Shown here piece by piece: positions 43,813-53,721 of a stretch of 64,000 bases of DNA. How positions within the stretch are numbered: position 1 is the first letter of the stretch; each line of letters begins with the position of its first letter. The notes under the pieces are model-generated. The model had not been told where the DNA came from and did no database searches. It worked only from the letters and a program-made list of their open reading frames with translations. The position numbers and the translations under genes were made by a program. The stretch spans positions 1,552 through 65,551 of the forward strand of contig CAYONG010000285.1 of NCBI GenBank assembly GCA_964405235.1. Direction: 5' to 3'. Origin of the DNA: an uncultured bacterium. GTDB lineage: Bacteria; Eisenbacteria; RBG-16-71-46.

Positions 43813-46112
43813 GCGCCGTCCCGCGCCCGCAACGCGCGCAGCAGGCGCTCCGGCGTCACCGGGATCTCGTCCATGCGCAGCCCGGTCGCGTGCGCGATCG
43901 CCGCCACCACCGCCGGCGCCGGCGTATCCATGGGCAGCTCGCCCACCCCCTTGGCGCCGCGGGGCCCGTGCGAGTAGGGATCGTCCACGAAGGCGACCTT
44001 GATAGGTGGCGTATCTACCGCGGTCGGGATGATGTAGTTGGTGAGCTGGTGGTTCCAGACGCTGCCGTCCTTCCAGCGCACCTCCTCGAGCAGCGCGTAA
44101 CCCAGGCCCTGCACGGTCCCGCCCTCCACCTGGCCCGCCGCCAGCACCGGATGGATCGCGCGCCCGATGTCGTGCGCGGTCGCCACGCCGAGCACGGATG
44201 TCTCGCCGGTGTCGAGATCCACCTCTACCTCCACCGCGCAGGCCGCGTACGAGAAGACGCCGTAGGCGTCGCCCTGATAGCGGTCATCGTCCCATTCGAT
44301 CCCGGGAGGCTTCTGGTAGCGACGCTCGACCCGAAGGTCCCCTCGCTCGCGAATGAACGCCTTCGCCACTCGGGCGAAATCCGCCGCGCCGTCGATCGGG
44401 CGCTCGGCGAACAACTCGAGCCGCTCGCGCATGCCGACGGCGCATCGTTCCAGCAGGCCGCCGACCACCATGACGGTGCGGGACGCGACGGTGGGCCCGC
44501 TGTCCGGCACCAGGTCGGTATCCGGCTCCTGGAACTCGACGAAATCGGCGGGCACGCCGAGCGCATCGCCGACCAACTGCGAGAACACCGTGACGGTGCC
44601 CTGCCCGATCTCCGTGTTCGCCGAGAAGATTCGGGGACGCCCCGCCCGAGACAGCTCGAGGGCCGCGACCGAGCCGAGCTCGACCTCGCCGCTGCCGGTG
44701 AACCCGGCACCGTGGAGCGCGAGCGAGATGCCAATGCCACGCCGCAGTCTCCGCCCGCCGTGTGCGACGCGCCCGGCGCGCTCGTGCTTTTCGGCCGCCG
44801 CGTTCTCGCGCGCGTATCTGGCCCGACGCCGTGTCCAGTCCGCCAGCCGGCCGGTGCGCTCGAGCACATCGAGCGCGCCAACGCTTTCGCGCAGCGTCTG
44901 TCCGGTGGGGGTCACGTCGCCGACGCGGACGGCGTTCTTGCTCCGAAACGCGAGTGGGTCCATGCCGAGCCGCCCGGCGATCAGGTCCATGTGACATTCG
45001 GTGGCGAACAACGTCTGCGGGGCCCCAAATCCACGAAACGCCCCGTTGGGAGGCGTGTTGGTGGCGACCGCGCGGGCGTGGATGCGCACGTGCGGCCAGC
45101 GGTAGGCGCCGCCCGCGTGGATGGCGCCGCGCGAGAGCACCACCGGCGAGAGCGTCACGTAGGCGCCGCCGTCCATCACCAGATCCATCTCGTGCGCGAC
45201 CAGCGTGCCGTCCTTCATCACCCCGCTGCGCACGCGGGCGACCATGGGGTGTCGCTTGGTGGTGGCGGCGATGTCCTCGAGACGGTCGTAGACGATCTTG
45301 ACCGGCCGGCCGCTCTTCCACGCCAGCAGCGCGGCGTGGCCGCCGATCATCGACGGGTACTCCTCCTTGCCGCCGAACCCGCCGCCGGTCACGGTCTGGA
45401 TCACCCGCACGCGCCCGGCCGGCAGGGCGAAGATGCGCATCAGGGCCTTATGCACGTAATAGGGGCATTGGAGCGAGCCGCGCACTTTGAGTCCGCCGTC
45501 CGCCGTGCGCTCGGCCATCATCGCGTTGGTCTCGATGTAGAGCTGCTCCTGGTGACCGGTGCGATAGGTGGCTTCGACCACCAGGTCCGATTCGGCGAAC
45601 CCGCGGTCGATGTCGCCGCGCTCGATGACGATCTCCTTCATGATGTTGTCGTCGCCATGGATCACAGCCTTCGTCGCCAGCGCCTCCTCGACCGTGAGCA
45701 CGGCCTCGAGCGGCTCGATCTCGACGCTCACCGCCCGACGCGCCGCCTCGGCACGCTCCGGATCCTCGTGCGCCACGAGCAGGATCGGCTCCTCGGCGTG
45801 GCGGATCTCGTTCGCCGCGAGCAGCGGCTGGTCGTCCACGATCAGGGCCACCAGGTTCTCGCCCGGGATGTCCTTGTGGTCGGCGATCGTGACCCCGCTC
45901 CAGTCGAACGCCGGGTCGAGGGTGACGCGCCGGATGATGCCGCGCGGCACGTTCGAGCGCACCGTGCGACCGTGCAGCACGCCGGGCACGACCAGGTCGT
46001 CGAGGTAGGCAGCGCGCCCGGTCACCTTGTCCCACGCCTCGAGCCTCGGAATACTGACGCCCACCGAGACGGGCGGGCGCAGGACGGTGGCACGTAGACG
46101 GCGGGGCGACAT
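43809..46112 (-). CDS. Xanthine dehydrogenase / aldehyde oxidase family molybdopterin-binding large subunit
   Basis: PRLEAWDKVTGRAAYLDD, GGGFGGKE, RGFGAPQ and the GVGELP...AAIAHATG C-terminus are typical of CoxL/XdhB-type subunits. Length 767 aa. Confidence 0.85.
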   Translation of the reverse strand: MSPRRLRATVLRPPVSVGVSIPRLEAWDKVTGRAAYLDDLVVPGVLHGRTVRSNVPRGIIRRVTLDPAFDWSGVTIADHKDIPGENLVALIVDDQPLLAANEIRHAEEPILLVAHEDPERAEAARRAVSVEIEPLEAVLTVEEALATKAVIHGDDNIMKEIVIERGDIDRGFAESDLVVEATYRTGHQEQLYIETNAMMAERTADGGLKVRGSLQCPYYVHKALMRIFALPAGRVRVIQTVTGGGFGGKEEYPSMIGGHAALLAWKSGRPVKIVYDRLEDIAATTKRHPMVARVRSGVMKDGTLVAHEMDLVMDGGAYVTLSPVVLSRGAIHAGGAYRWPHVRIHARAVATNTPPNGAFRGFGAPQTLFATECHMDLIAGRLGMDPLAFRSKNAVRVGDVTPTGQTLRESVGALDVLERTGRLADWTRRRARYARENAAAEKHERAGRVAHGGRRLRRGIGISLALHGAGFTGSGEVELGSVAALELSRAGRPRIFSANTEIGQGTVTVFSQLVGDALGVPADFVEFQEPDTDLVPDSGPTVASRTVMVVGGLLERCAVGMRERLELFAERPIDGAADFARVAKAFIRERGDLRVERRYQKPPGIEWDDDRYQGDAYGVFSYAACAVEVEVDLDTGETSVLGVATAHDIGRAIHPVLAAGQVEGGTVQGLGYALLEEVRWKDGSVWNHQLTNYIIPTAVDTPPIKVAFVDDPYSHGPRGAKGVGELPMDTPAPAVVAAIAHATGLRMDEIPVTPERLLRALRARDGA

Positions 46113-46234
46113 GATGCGTTAGCCTAGTCGGACAGCGGACACGACGCAAAGCCCCCGCACGAGCGGCCGGTCACGTGCCCGGCCGCTCGCCGTAGTGAAC
46201 TCGATCACTCGGAGACGCCAGATAGGAGGCCCGC

Positions 46235-47062
46235 ATGCGATCGCTCACCGCGCTGCTCATCGCCGGCCTACTCACGCTCATCCACGCCGGGTCCGCCGAC
46301 GCGGGCGCGTGGACACGGCCGGCGGGTGGCTGGTTCCTCAAAGTCGGGCTGGAGCAGTGGGAGACCGCCGAACGCTTCGATCTGGCGGGCTCGCGCGTGG
46401 ACTACCTGCCGCCGGGCAGCGGCTTCGTCTCCCGCGGCGACTACCGGAATCAGGCCATCCGCGCATACTTCGAGTACGGGCTCACCTCCGACTGGACGGT
46501 GACGGCGGCCACGGCGCTCGAGCGCGCACGATCGCGCGGCCAGGGGCAGGTCATCCAGCAGAACGGGCTCTCCGACCTCACGCTCCAGATCAGGCGCCGG
46601 ATGGCCTCGGCGCCGCTCGTGGTCTCGGTGCTCGCCGAGGCGAAGGTGCCGACCGGATACGACGCTTCGCGCGCCCCCGCTCTGGGCAGCGGCCGCGCGG
46701 ACGCAGGCGTTCGCCTCGCCGTCGGGCGGGGCTTCGGCGCCCTCTACTTCAGCGGCGAGGCCGGGTATCGGGCGCGGGGGCGTCGCGCAGACGAGATCCC
46801 GTTCGCCCTCGAAGCGGGCGTCACGGTGAAGCGGAGCGTGATGCTCCGCGGCGAGCTGAGCGGGGTGGGCGGGCTGAGAGCGCCGCTCGTCGAGGCGGCC
46901 TTTGACCCGGCGAGGGCCGAATCGCGCTACCTGAGCGGGGGCCTCGGCCTGGTGCTGCTCGGGGACCCGCTCGACATCGTCTTCGCCGCGGACCACGTGC
47001 TGGGCGGGCGCAACGCGCTGGCCGGGACGCGCTTCAGCTTCTCCGTCTGGCGCTCCGACTGA
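46235..47062 (+). CDS. Outer-membrane beta-barrel protein (MetA/phenol-degradation-like transporter family suspected)
   Basis: AGGAGG RBS at 46224-46229. Signal peptide LLIAGLLTLIHAGSADA. Alternating amphipathic strands run to the C-terminus (TRFSFSVW). Confidence 0.65.
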   Translation: MRSLTALLIAGLLTLIHAGSADAGAWTRPAGGWFLKVGLEQWETAERFDLAGSRVDYLPPGSGFVSRGDYRNQAIRAYFEYGLTSDWTVTAATALERARSRGQGQVIQQNGLSDLTLQIRRRMASAPLVVSVLAEAKVPTGYDASRAPALGSGRADAGVRLAVGRGFGALYFSGEAGYRARGRRADEIPFALEAGVTVKRSVMLRGELSGVGGLRAPLVEAAFDPARAESRYLSGGLGLVLLGDPLDIVFAADHVLGGRNALAGTRFSFSVWRSD

Positions 47063-47362
47063 ACGAGCCGGCACGCCTCGTGGCCCCCGGCGCGGGCCTC
47101 CGCCGCGCTACCCGGCACCTCTTCGACGCTCTCATGGCGGTGGAAACTCCCCCCTCGACGGGCTAGTCTACCGTCTTACCTCCCCTCTCCCGGTTCGTCC
47201 CCGTCGAGATCGCGACCGCATGGCCACCGCGCCCGCAAAGGTCTATCACTATCGGGGTGAATCCGTGCCCGGCGAGGGCGGGCAGGAAACGGCGCAGTTT
47301 GGACGAGCCCCTCGGGCCAATGGCCCGCGACTCCCGACCGCGCACAGGTTCGAGTAAGGCCC

Positions 47363-48439
47363 ATGGCAAAGCCCATCCGTCCGCCGGTTGGGTTCCTGAT
47401 CCGGACCGTCGCCGTGCTCAGCGTGGTGTTGAACACGCCCGTCGTCGCATGGGTCACCCGCCGGGTGACATTCGACCCGCGGGTCGAGGGCAGCGAGATC
47501 GGCGGCACGCCCGTTTCGATCCACCGCCCGGCCGGACGCGGCCCGTGGCCGGCGTTTATGTTCGTCAACGGCGCGCACCCGCTCCGGCGCAAAGAGCCGG
47601 TCGTCGAGCGCGTGGCCGATGGTTTCGCGCGCGCGGGGTACCTGGTCGTCGTCCCCGATCTGCCGGGGCTCGGTGTCGGCGAGATCACCATGCGCACGGT
47701 GGATGCCGCGGCCGCGGTGGCCCTCGAGGTGACCGCGCGTCCCGAAGTCCGCGGTGGCCGCATCGCGCTGATCGGCGCCTCGACCGGCGCGAGCATCGCG
47801 ATCCTGCTCGCCGCCCGCCCGGAGCTCGCGGGCCGCATCTCGCTCGTCAGCTCGGTGACACCTTACGCCGATCTGCGCAGGATGATCTGCCTCGCGACCA
47901 CGACCCACTACGAGAACGGCGGGAGATCGCGCGCGTACGGCGTCACGAACCTCCTGCGACGCGCCGTGGCCCGCTCGATGATGGTGACGCTCTCGTGCGA
48001 GGAGGAGCGCGGCAGGCTGCTCGACCACGTTGGCGACATCCGCGAGGAGGACGACCCGTTCAGCCGCCTGCCGGCGAGCGCGGATGCCGTCGACCTCGAG
48101 GCGCGAGCGATCGTTCGCCTGCTCGAGAACCGCGACCCGGGACGTTTTTCCGAGCTATGGAGCGGGCTTCCGGCCCATCTCCAGGCGGTCATCGCTCAGC
48201 TCTCGCCAGTTTCCATCGCGAGCAGCGTGCAGGCGCACGTCGAGCTGGCCGTGCCACCCGATGACCGCTATTTTCCGGTCGACGAAGCGGAGGAACTGGC
48301 GCGCGCGCTCCCCGACGCGCGCCTGACCGTGACCTCGGCGCTCGACCATACCCGGCCGGGCGCGTCCTTGCGACAGATCCGGGAGCTGTGGGCCTTCGGG
48401 GGCTTCGTCGTCCGCACCCTGGCGGGCGCCGCGCCCTGA
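47363..48439 (+). CDS. Alpha/beta hydrolase (dienelactone-hydrolase/prolyl-peptidase-like), N-terminal membrane anchor
   Basis: IALIGASTGASIA nucleophile elbow. N-terminal hydrophobic FLIRTVAVLSVVL. First gene of a coupled + strand operon. Confidence 0.65.
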   Translation: MAKPIRPPVGFLIRTVAVLSVVLNTPVVAWVTRRVTFDPRVEGSEIGGTPVSIHRPAGRGPWPAFMFVNGAHPLRRKEPVVERVADGFARAGYLVVVPDLPGLGVGEITMRTVDAAAAVALEVTARPEVRGGRIALIGASTGASIAILLAARPELAGRISLVSSVTPYADLRRMICLATTTHYENGGRSRAYGVTNLLRRAVARSMMVTLSCEEERGRLLDHVGDIREEDDPFSRLPASADAVDLEARAIVRLLENRDPGRFSELWSGLPAHLQAVIAQLSPVSIASSVQAHVELAVPPDDRYFPVDEAEELARALPDARLTVTSALDHTRPGASLRQIRELWAFGGFVVRTLAGAAP

Positions 48440-48440
48440 A

Positions 48441-48974
48441 ATGTCCGATCCCGCCTCTGGTCCGACGCCCCGGGTCACGAAGGTGATCCTGGTCGCCACG
48501 CTGGCGATCACGGCGGCCGCACTCGGCGCGTTCTTCGCCACGCGCTCCCACCCGGCGGATCCACGCGACGCCGCCGCGTACCTGTGCCTGTTCTCGGCGC
48601 TGTTCCTGCTCCGTATCGTGGGACAGGTGATCGTGCGTCTGCGCGGGCCGCGCTGGCTCCCGGTAACCGAGCAATGGAACCTGACGCCGTACTACCTGCT
48701 CCTGCCGACCCAGGTCGCGATCCTCGGGTTGCTGGCCTGGATCGACGCCGACTTCGCCCGCGGACACGGCTTCTGGACGGAGGCGCGCCCCGCTCTCGGC
48801 ACGTGCGTGCTGTGGTTTGCGCTGTTCTATGCGTCGGCGATGGCGTTCCGCTACGCCGTGCGGATGAGGCGCCGGCCGGAGCATCGCTGGTTCGGCGGGA
48901 CGATCCCGATCGTCTTCCATGGTGTGCTGGCGGGCTACCTGATCGTGTTCGGGAGCTACCATGCCTCCCGCTGA
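48441..48974 (+). CDS. Integral membrane protein, unknown function
   Basis: Four or five hydrophobic segments. Starts 1 nt after the upstream stop. Its 3' end overlaps the FMO gene by 14 nt. Confidence 0.55.
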   Translation: MSDPASGPTPRVTKVILVATLAITAAALGAFFATRSHPADPRDAAAYLCLFSALFLLRIVGQVIVRLRGPRWLPVTEQWNLTPYYLLLPTQVAILGLLAWIDADFARGHGFWTEARPALGTCVLWFALFYASAMAFRYAVRMRRRPEHRWFGGTIPIVFHGVLAGYLIVFGSYHASR

Positions 48975-50100
48975 GACGGCGGACATCGTGGTCGTGGGCG
49001 GCGGCGCCTCCGGGCTGTCGGCGGCCGGGGCACTCAAGCACCGGGGCTTCGGACCCATCGCGCTCGAGCAGGACGAACGGATCGGCGGGACCTGGGCGCG
49101 CCGCTACGAGCGCCTGCACCTGCACACCATCCGCCGCTTCTCGGGGCTCGCCCACTTTGGGATTCCCCGGGACCACCCTCGCTACGTCCCGAAGGACCTC
49201 TACGCCCGTTACCTCCAGCGCTATGCCGAGACGCTTGATCTGGACGTTCGGCTCCGTCAGCGTGTCGATCGGGTCACGAGGGAGAACGGTCGCTGGCGGG
49301 TGGAGGCCGGGAGTTCCACGTGGACTGCCCGCGCCGTGATCCTCGCGACCGGGCGCTACCGCGCGCCTCTGACCCCGAGCTGGCCGGGCCGCGACGCGTT
49401 CCGCGGCCGGCTGCTTCACTCCTCGGCGTACGGCTCCGGCCGGGACTTCGCCGGCGCGCGGGTGCTCGTGGTCGGAGTCGGCAACAGCGGCGCGGAGATC
49501 GCGGCCGATCTCGCCGAGCAGGGCGCCGCCCTGGTCGCGATCGCGGTGCGCACCCCTCCACCCATCATGCCCCGAGACCTGTTCGGGTTCGTGCCCGCCC
49601 AGCTCTTCGGCCTCGTCTTCACCCCGGTCCCGGCGCGGCGCCTGCTCGACCGCGCCGGAGCTGTGCTCCGCAGGCTCGGAACCGGAGACCTCGGCCGCTA
49701 CGGGCTCGGGCGGGAGGCGTGGGGGCCGTTCACCGCCCGACGCCCGGCGGTGATCGACGTGGGCTTCGTTCGCCAGCTCAAGGCCGGGCGCATCCACGTG
49801 CGGCCGAGCGTCGAGCGGCTGACCGCGACCGGCGTGGTCTTCTCGGGGGGCCAGGAACAGCCGTTCGACACGATCGTGGCGGCCACCGGCTTCCAGACCG
49901 GGCTCGGAGCGGTCCTCGACCTCCCAGAGGCGATCGCCGACGACGGCCGCCCGCGGTTCCGCTCCGGCCGCAAGACACCCTTTCCGGGCCTCTACTTCAT
50001 CGGCTACGATGAGACGACTCGCGGGGTACTCTACGAGTCGAACCGCGACTCGCGCCGGCTCGCCGGCACGGTTGCGACTTTTCTGAGGAATAGGGAATGA
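48961..50100 (+). CDS. Flavin-containing monooxygenase-like FAD/NAD(P)-binding oxidoreductase
   Basis: IVVVGGGASGLSAA (FAD GxGxxG) and VLVVGVGNSGAEIA (NADPH GxGxxG). RIGGTW is typical of FMO/BVMO-like enzymes. Confidence 0.75.
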   Translation: MPPAETADIVVVGGGASGLSAAGALKHRGFGPIALEQDERIGGTWARRYERLHLHTIRRFSGLAHFGIPRDHPRYVPKDLYARYLQRYAETLDLDVRLRQRVDRVTRENGRWRVEAGSSTWTARAVILATGRYRAPLTPSWPGRDAFRGRLLHSSAYGSGRDFAGARVLVVGVGNSGAEIAADLAEQGAALVAIAVRTPPPIMPRDLFGFVPAQLFGLVFTPVPARRLLDRAGAVLRRLGTGDLGRYGLGREAWGPFTARRPAVIDVGFVRQLKAGRIHVRPSVERLTATGVVFSGGQEQPFDTIVAATGFQTGLGAVLDLPEAIADDGRPRFRSGRKTPFPGLYFIGYDETTRGVLYESNRDSRRLAGTVATFLRNRE

Positions 50101-50480
50101 ACGTGGCCGTCATCCAGCCCGCCAGGTTCCTCGCCGTGGGTGTCGGCGGGTACTTCGTGAACCTCGGCGTGTTCGCCGCGCTCTACCACGCCGGGCTCAG
50201 GTATATCCCGGCCTCGCTCCTCTCCTATTTCACCTCGAACGCGCTCATGTACGTGGGCAATCGCTACTTCACGTTCCAGCTTGCACACGAAGGTTTCTGG
50301 GGGGCGTACCTGCGTTACATGCTGGTCGGCGCGATCGTCGCCGGCCTCAACACCGCGATCCTCGCCCTGATCGTGGAGCGGCTGAGTGTCGATCCGCGTC
50401 TCGGCCAGGCCATCTCGCTTCTGCTCGTCACCCCGGTCGGCTTCGTGCTCTTCAAGCGCTGGACGTTCAGGATCCGCTGA
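50097..50480 (+). CDS. GtrA-family small membrane protein
   Basis: 127 aa and 4 TM. FLAVGVGGYFVNLGVF...NRYFTF...LFKRWTF is the GtrA-like signature. ATGA overlap upstream. Confidence 0.8.
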   Translation: MNVAVIQPARFLAVGVGGYFVNLGVFAALYHAGLRYIPASLLSYFTSNALMYVGNRYFTFQLAHEGFWGAYLRYMLVGAIVAGLNTAILALIVERLSVDPRLGQAISLLLVTPVGFVLFKRWTFRIR

Positions 50481-51889
50481 TGGCCCCGACCACGGTCAAC
50501 GACATCCACTCCGAGTTGAATGAGACGGTAGTCGCCGACGTCGTCGAGGTGGGCTCTCAGGCGGCGGTGCAGGAGGCGATCGCCCGCGCGAGGTCGGGCG
50601 GGCTCCCGGTCGCCATCGCCGGGGGTCGGCACGCCATGGGCGGACAGCAGTTCTGCGAGGGCGGGCTCCTGCTCGACACCCGCTCGCTCGATCAGGTGGT
50701 CGACTTCGATACCGCGCACGGCGTCGTCGAGGTCGGTGCGGGAATCCAGTGGCCAGCCCTGATCGAGCGGCTCGCGGCCTTGCAGCCGGGGGCGCGGCAG
50801 CCGTGGGGGATCGTGCAGAAGCAGACCGGCGCCGACCGTCTCTCGCTCGGCGGCGCACTCGCGGCGAATGTCCACGGCCGGGGCCTCACCCGGCAGCCGA
50901 TCGTGAGCGACGTCGAATCGTTCGTGCTGGTCGGCGCCGATGGCCAGGCGCGCACGTGCAGTCGCACCGAGCACGCGGAGCTCTTCGGGCTCGCGATCGG
51001 CGGGTATGGCCTTTTCGGCTGCATCACCTCGTTGCGCTTGAGGCTGGTCTTGAGGCAGGTGCTCGAGCGCATCGTCGAGGTCCGGCGCCTCGACGAGCTG
51101 ATGCCGCTGTTCGATCAGCGGATCCGGGACGGGTACCTCTACGGCGATTTCCAGTTCGCGATCGACCCGGAGAGTGACGACTTCCTCTCCAAGGGCGTCT
51201 TCTCGTGCTACCGGCCGATCGGCGACGAGCGGCAGCCGCCCGCGGACCAGAAGGCGCTCTCCCGCGAGGACTGGCAGCGTCTGCTCTACCTGGCCCACAC
51301 CGACAAGACGCGTGCGTTCGAACAGTACGTGTCGCACTACCTGGCGACGTCCGGACAGCTCTACTTCTCGGATGCCCACCAGTTCGCCGATTACAATGAC
51401 GGCTATCACCGGGCGATCGACGACCGGATGGGCGCCACCGCGCGCGCAAGCGAGATGATCACCGAGATCTACGTGCCACGCAATCGTCTCGCCGACTTCA
51501 TGCGGGCGGTGGCCGACGATTTCCGTGCCGACGGCACCGAGGTGATCTACGGGACCATCCGGCTGGTCGAGCCCGAGAACGAGACATTCCTCGCCTGGGC
51601 CCGCGAGCGCTGGGCCTGCATCATCTTCAACCTCCACACCGTGCATACCCCGGACGGTCTCGAACACTCCGCCCGCGCGTTCCGGCGCCTGATCGACCGC
51701 GCGATCGAGCGCAACGGAAACTACTACCTGACCTACCATCGCTGGGCGACCCGCGAGCAGGTCGAGACCTGTTACCGGCAGTTCGCGGAGTTCCTGAAGA
51801 AGAAACGCGAGGTCGACCCGGAGGAGCGGTTCCAGAGCACGTGGTATCGCCACTACCGGACCATGTTCGCGGGGGACCTCCAGCGCTAG
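50480..51889 (+). CDS. FAD-linked oxidase (FAD_binding_4 family; DprE1 / ALO-like architecture)
   Basis: The start shares 1 nt with the GtrA stop (TGATG). VAIAGGRHAMGGQ and GIVQKQTGADRLSLGGALAANVHG. The C-terminal YYLTYHRWATREQ...VDPEERF parallels ALO/DprE1-type tails. Confidence 0.7.
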   Translation: MAPTTVNDIHSELNETVVADVVEVGSQAAVQEAIARARSGGLPVAIAGGRHAMGGQQFCEGGLLLDTRSLDQVVDFDTAHGVVEVGAGIQWPALIERLAALQPGARQPWGIVQKQTGADRLSLGGALAANVHGRGLTRQPIVSDVESFVLVGADGQARTCSRTEHAELFGLAIGGYGLFGCITSLRLRLVLRQVLERIVEVRRLDELMPLFDQRIRDGYLYGDFQFAIDPESDDFLSKGVFSCYRPIGDERQPPADQKALSREDWQRLLYLAHTDKTRAFEQYVSHYLATSGQLYFSDAHQFADYNDGYHRAIDDRMGATARASEMITEIYVPRNRLADFMRAVADDFRADGTEVIYGTIRLVEPENETFLAWARERWACIIFNLHTVHTPDGLEHSARAFRRLIDRAIERNGNYYLTYHRWATREQVETCYRQFAEFLKKKREVDPEERFQSTWYRHYRTMFAGDLQR

Positions 51890-52002
51890 CATCGCGCTGG
51901 CTCGGCAGTGCCGCTCCGTGGCGCGATTCGCCCGCCCGCACGTTCCGGGGGCACGTTGCGGCGCGGTGGCGCCCTCCCCTCACGCTGATATACTGCGCCG
52001 CC

Positions 52003-53721
52003 GTGACGCGACTCCTGCTGGCCCTTCGCCCATTCCACCTCCTGATCGTCGCCTGCGTCGTCGCGATCGGGCCCGGGGGATGCGCCCCCGCGCGCCAGGC
52101 CCCGGTCGCCACCTCCTCCTCGGCCGCGCGCTGGTTCGGCGATACCTCTCCCCCCTCGGGGAACGTGCTCCGCTTCAACCTGGGCGCGGAGCCTGAGACC
52201 TACGACCCGAGCATCGCGGTCGGGCAGCCGGACGGGCGCGTGGCGCGCCTCCTGTTCGAGGGCCTGACGCGCGAGGATCCACAGACGCTCGAGCCGCTCC
52301 CCGGCCAGGCGTATCGCTGGGACATCACGGCCGACGGGATGACCTACACGTTCCACCTGCGGCCCGGCATCCGGTGGAGCGACGGGCGTCCGGTCACGTC
52401 GCACGACTTCCGCTGGAGCTGGTTGCGCGTGCTCAAACCCGAGACCGCGGCGCGCTACGCGAGCTTTATCTACCCGGTGGTCAACGCCGAGGCGTACAAC
52501 AAGGGCGAGATCAAGGACGAGAACCTGGTGGGCCTCGAGGCGCCGGACGACAGCACATTCATCGTGCGGCTCGCGGCGCCGGTGCCCTACTTCCTCTACC
52601 TCACCCAGTTCTACACCTGCCTGCCGGTGCCGCACTGGGCCATCGAGAAACACGGCAACCGCTGGACCCTGCCGGCCAACATCGTCACCAATGGCGCCTT
52701 CACACTCGATTACTGGCGGCAGAACAATCGTTTCGAGTTCGTGAGGAATCCGCGCTACTGGGACGCGGCGAGCGTCAAGCTCGACCGACTGATCGGCTTT
52801 TGCATCGACGATCTCAACACGTCATTCAACCTCTACAAGTCGGGCGTCATCGACTGGTGCCCGAGCGGCTATTTGCCCTCGCAGTTCATCCCTTACGTGC
52901 GGGGCTACTCCGACTTCAAACATGGCGACTACCAGGGCGTCTATTTCTATTCGATCTGCGTGACGAAGCCGCCATTGAACCATCCCGACGTGCGGCGCGC
53001 ACTAAAGCTCGCCGTGGACCGGGACGCGATCGCCAACGACCTGCTCAAGGGCAGCCGCCGTCCGTGGGGCAACTTCGCCCCCTCGGGGTACCCCGGTTAT
53101 CAGAACCCGCCCGGCATCCGGTATGACCCGCCGAAAGCGCGCGAGTATCTGGCCCGGGCGGGATTTCCGGACGGCAGGGGGTTCCCGAAGATCTCCATTC
53201 TGATCAACACCAGCGAGGATCACCGCCGCATCGCCGAGGCGATCCAGGCGATGTGGAAGCGCGAGCTGGGGATCCCGGTCGAGGTGTTCAACCAGGAATG
53301 GGGCTCCTATCTCCAGGCCACGAGCGCGCTGCGGTACGACGTGGCGAGGCGATCCTGGATCGGCGACTACCTCGACCCCAACACGTTTCTCTCGTGCTAC
53401 GTCACCGGGGATGGCAACAACCGCACCGGCTGGGGCAATCCGCGCTACGATCGAATGCTGCGTGAGGCGGCGAAGGAGCTGGACCCCGCGAAACGGTTCG
53501 CGATCCTGCGCGAGGCCGAGATCCTGCTGCTCGACGAAGGGCCGGTCATTCCCATCTACCACTATTCCACCAACGAGCTGGTGAAACCCTACGTCCGCGG
53601 CATCTACCGCACGCCGCTCGACATTCACCCGCTCACCCGCGTGTGGATCGACCATGAGTGGGAGCGCACCACGGCACCGGTCGCCGCCGGCGGGACGACC
53701 ACACCCGCAGGGGCCCGATGA
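52003..53721 (+). CDS. ABC transporter substrate-binding lipoprotein, family 5 (oligopeptide/dipeptide OppA/DppA-like)
   Basis: The GTG start at 52003 gives a lipoprotein signal LLIVACVVAIGPGGC. YTFHLRPGIRWSDG, FVRNPRYWD and WIGDYLDPNTFL are typical of SBP_bac_5. Confidence 0.8.
   Translation: MTRLLLALRPFHLLIVACVVAIGPGGCAPARQAPVATSSSAARWFGDTSPPSGNVLRFNLGAEPETYDPSIAVGQPDGRVARLLFEGLTREDPQTLEPLPGQAYRWDITADGMTYTFHLRPGIRWSDGRPVTSHDFRWSWLRVLKPETAARYASFIYPVVNAEAYNKGEIKDENLVGLEAPDDSTFIVRLAAPVPYFLYLTQFYTCLPVPHWAIEKHGNRWTLPANIVTNGAFTLDYWRQNNRFEFVRNPRYWDAASVKLDRLIGFCIDDLNTSFNLYKSGVIDWCPSGYLPSQFIPYVRGYSDFKHGDYQGVYFYSICVTKPPLNHPDVRRALKLAVDRDAIANDLLKGSRRPWGNFAPSGYPGYQNPPGIRYDPPKAREYLARAGFPDGRGFPKISILINTSEDHRRIAEAIQAMWKRELGIPVEVFNQEWGSYLQATSALRYDVARRSWIGDYLDPNTFLSCYVTGDGNNRTGWGNPRYDRMLREAAKELDPAKRFAILREAEILLLDEGPVIPIYHYSTNELVKPYVRGIYRTPLDIHPLTRVWIDHEWERTTAPVAAGGTTTPAGAR

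Noticed and set aside
43890-46097. 735-aa plus-strand ORF opposite the Moco large-subunit gene
   Set aside because: Shadow ORF. The minus-strand product has unmistakable xanthine-dehydrogenase-family motifs.
47164-47169. Third TAGACT hexamer (minus strand) in the 47063-47362 spacer
   Set aside because: It lacks the flanking GATG...CCGCC context of the island motif and has no TG at the extended -10 position. It also points away from any minus-strand gene, so it is probably a chance occurrence.
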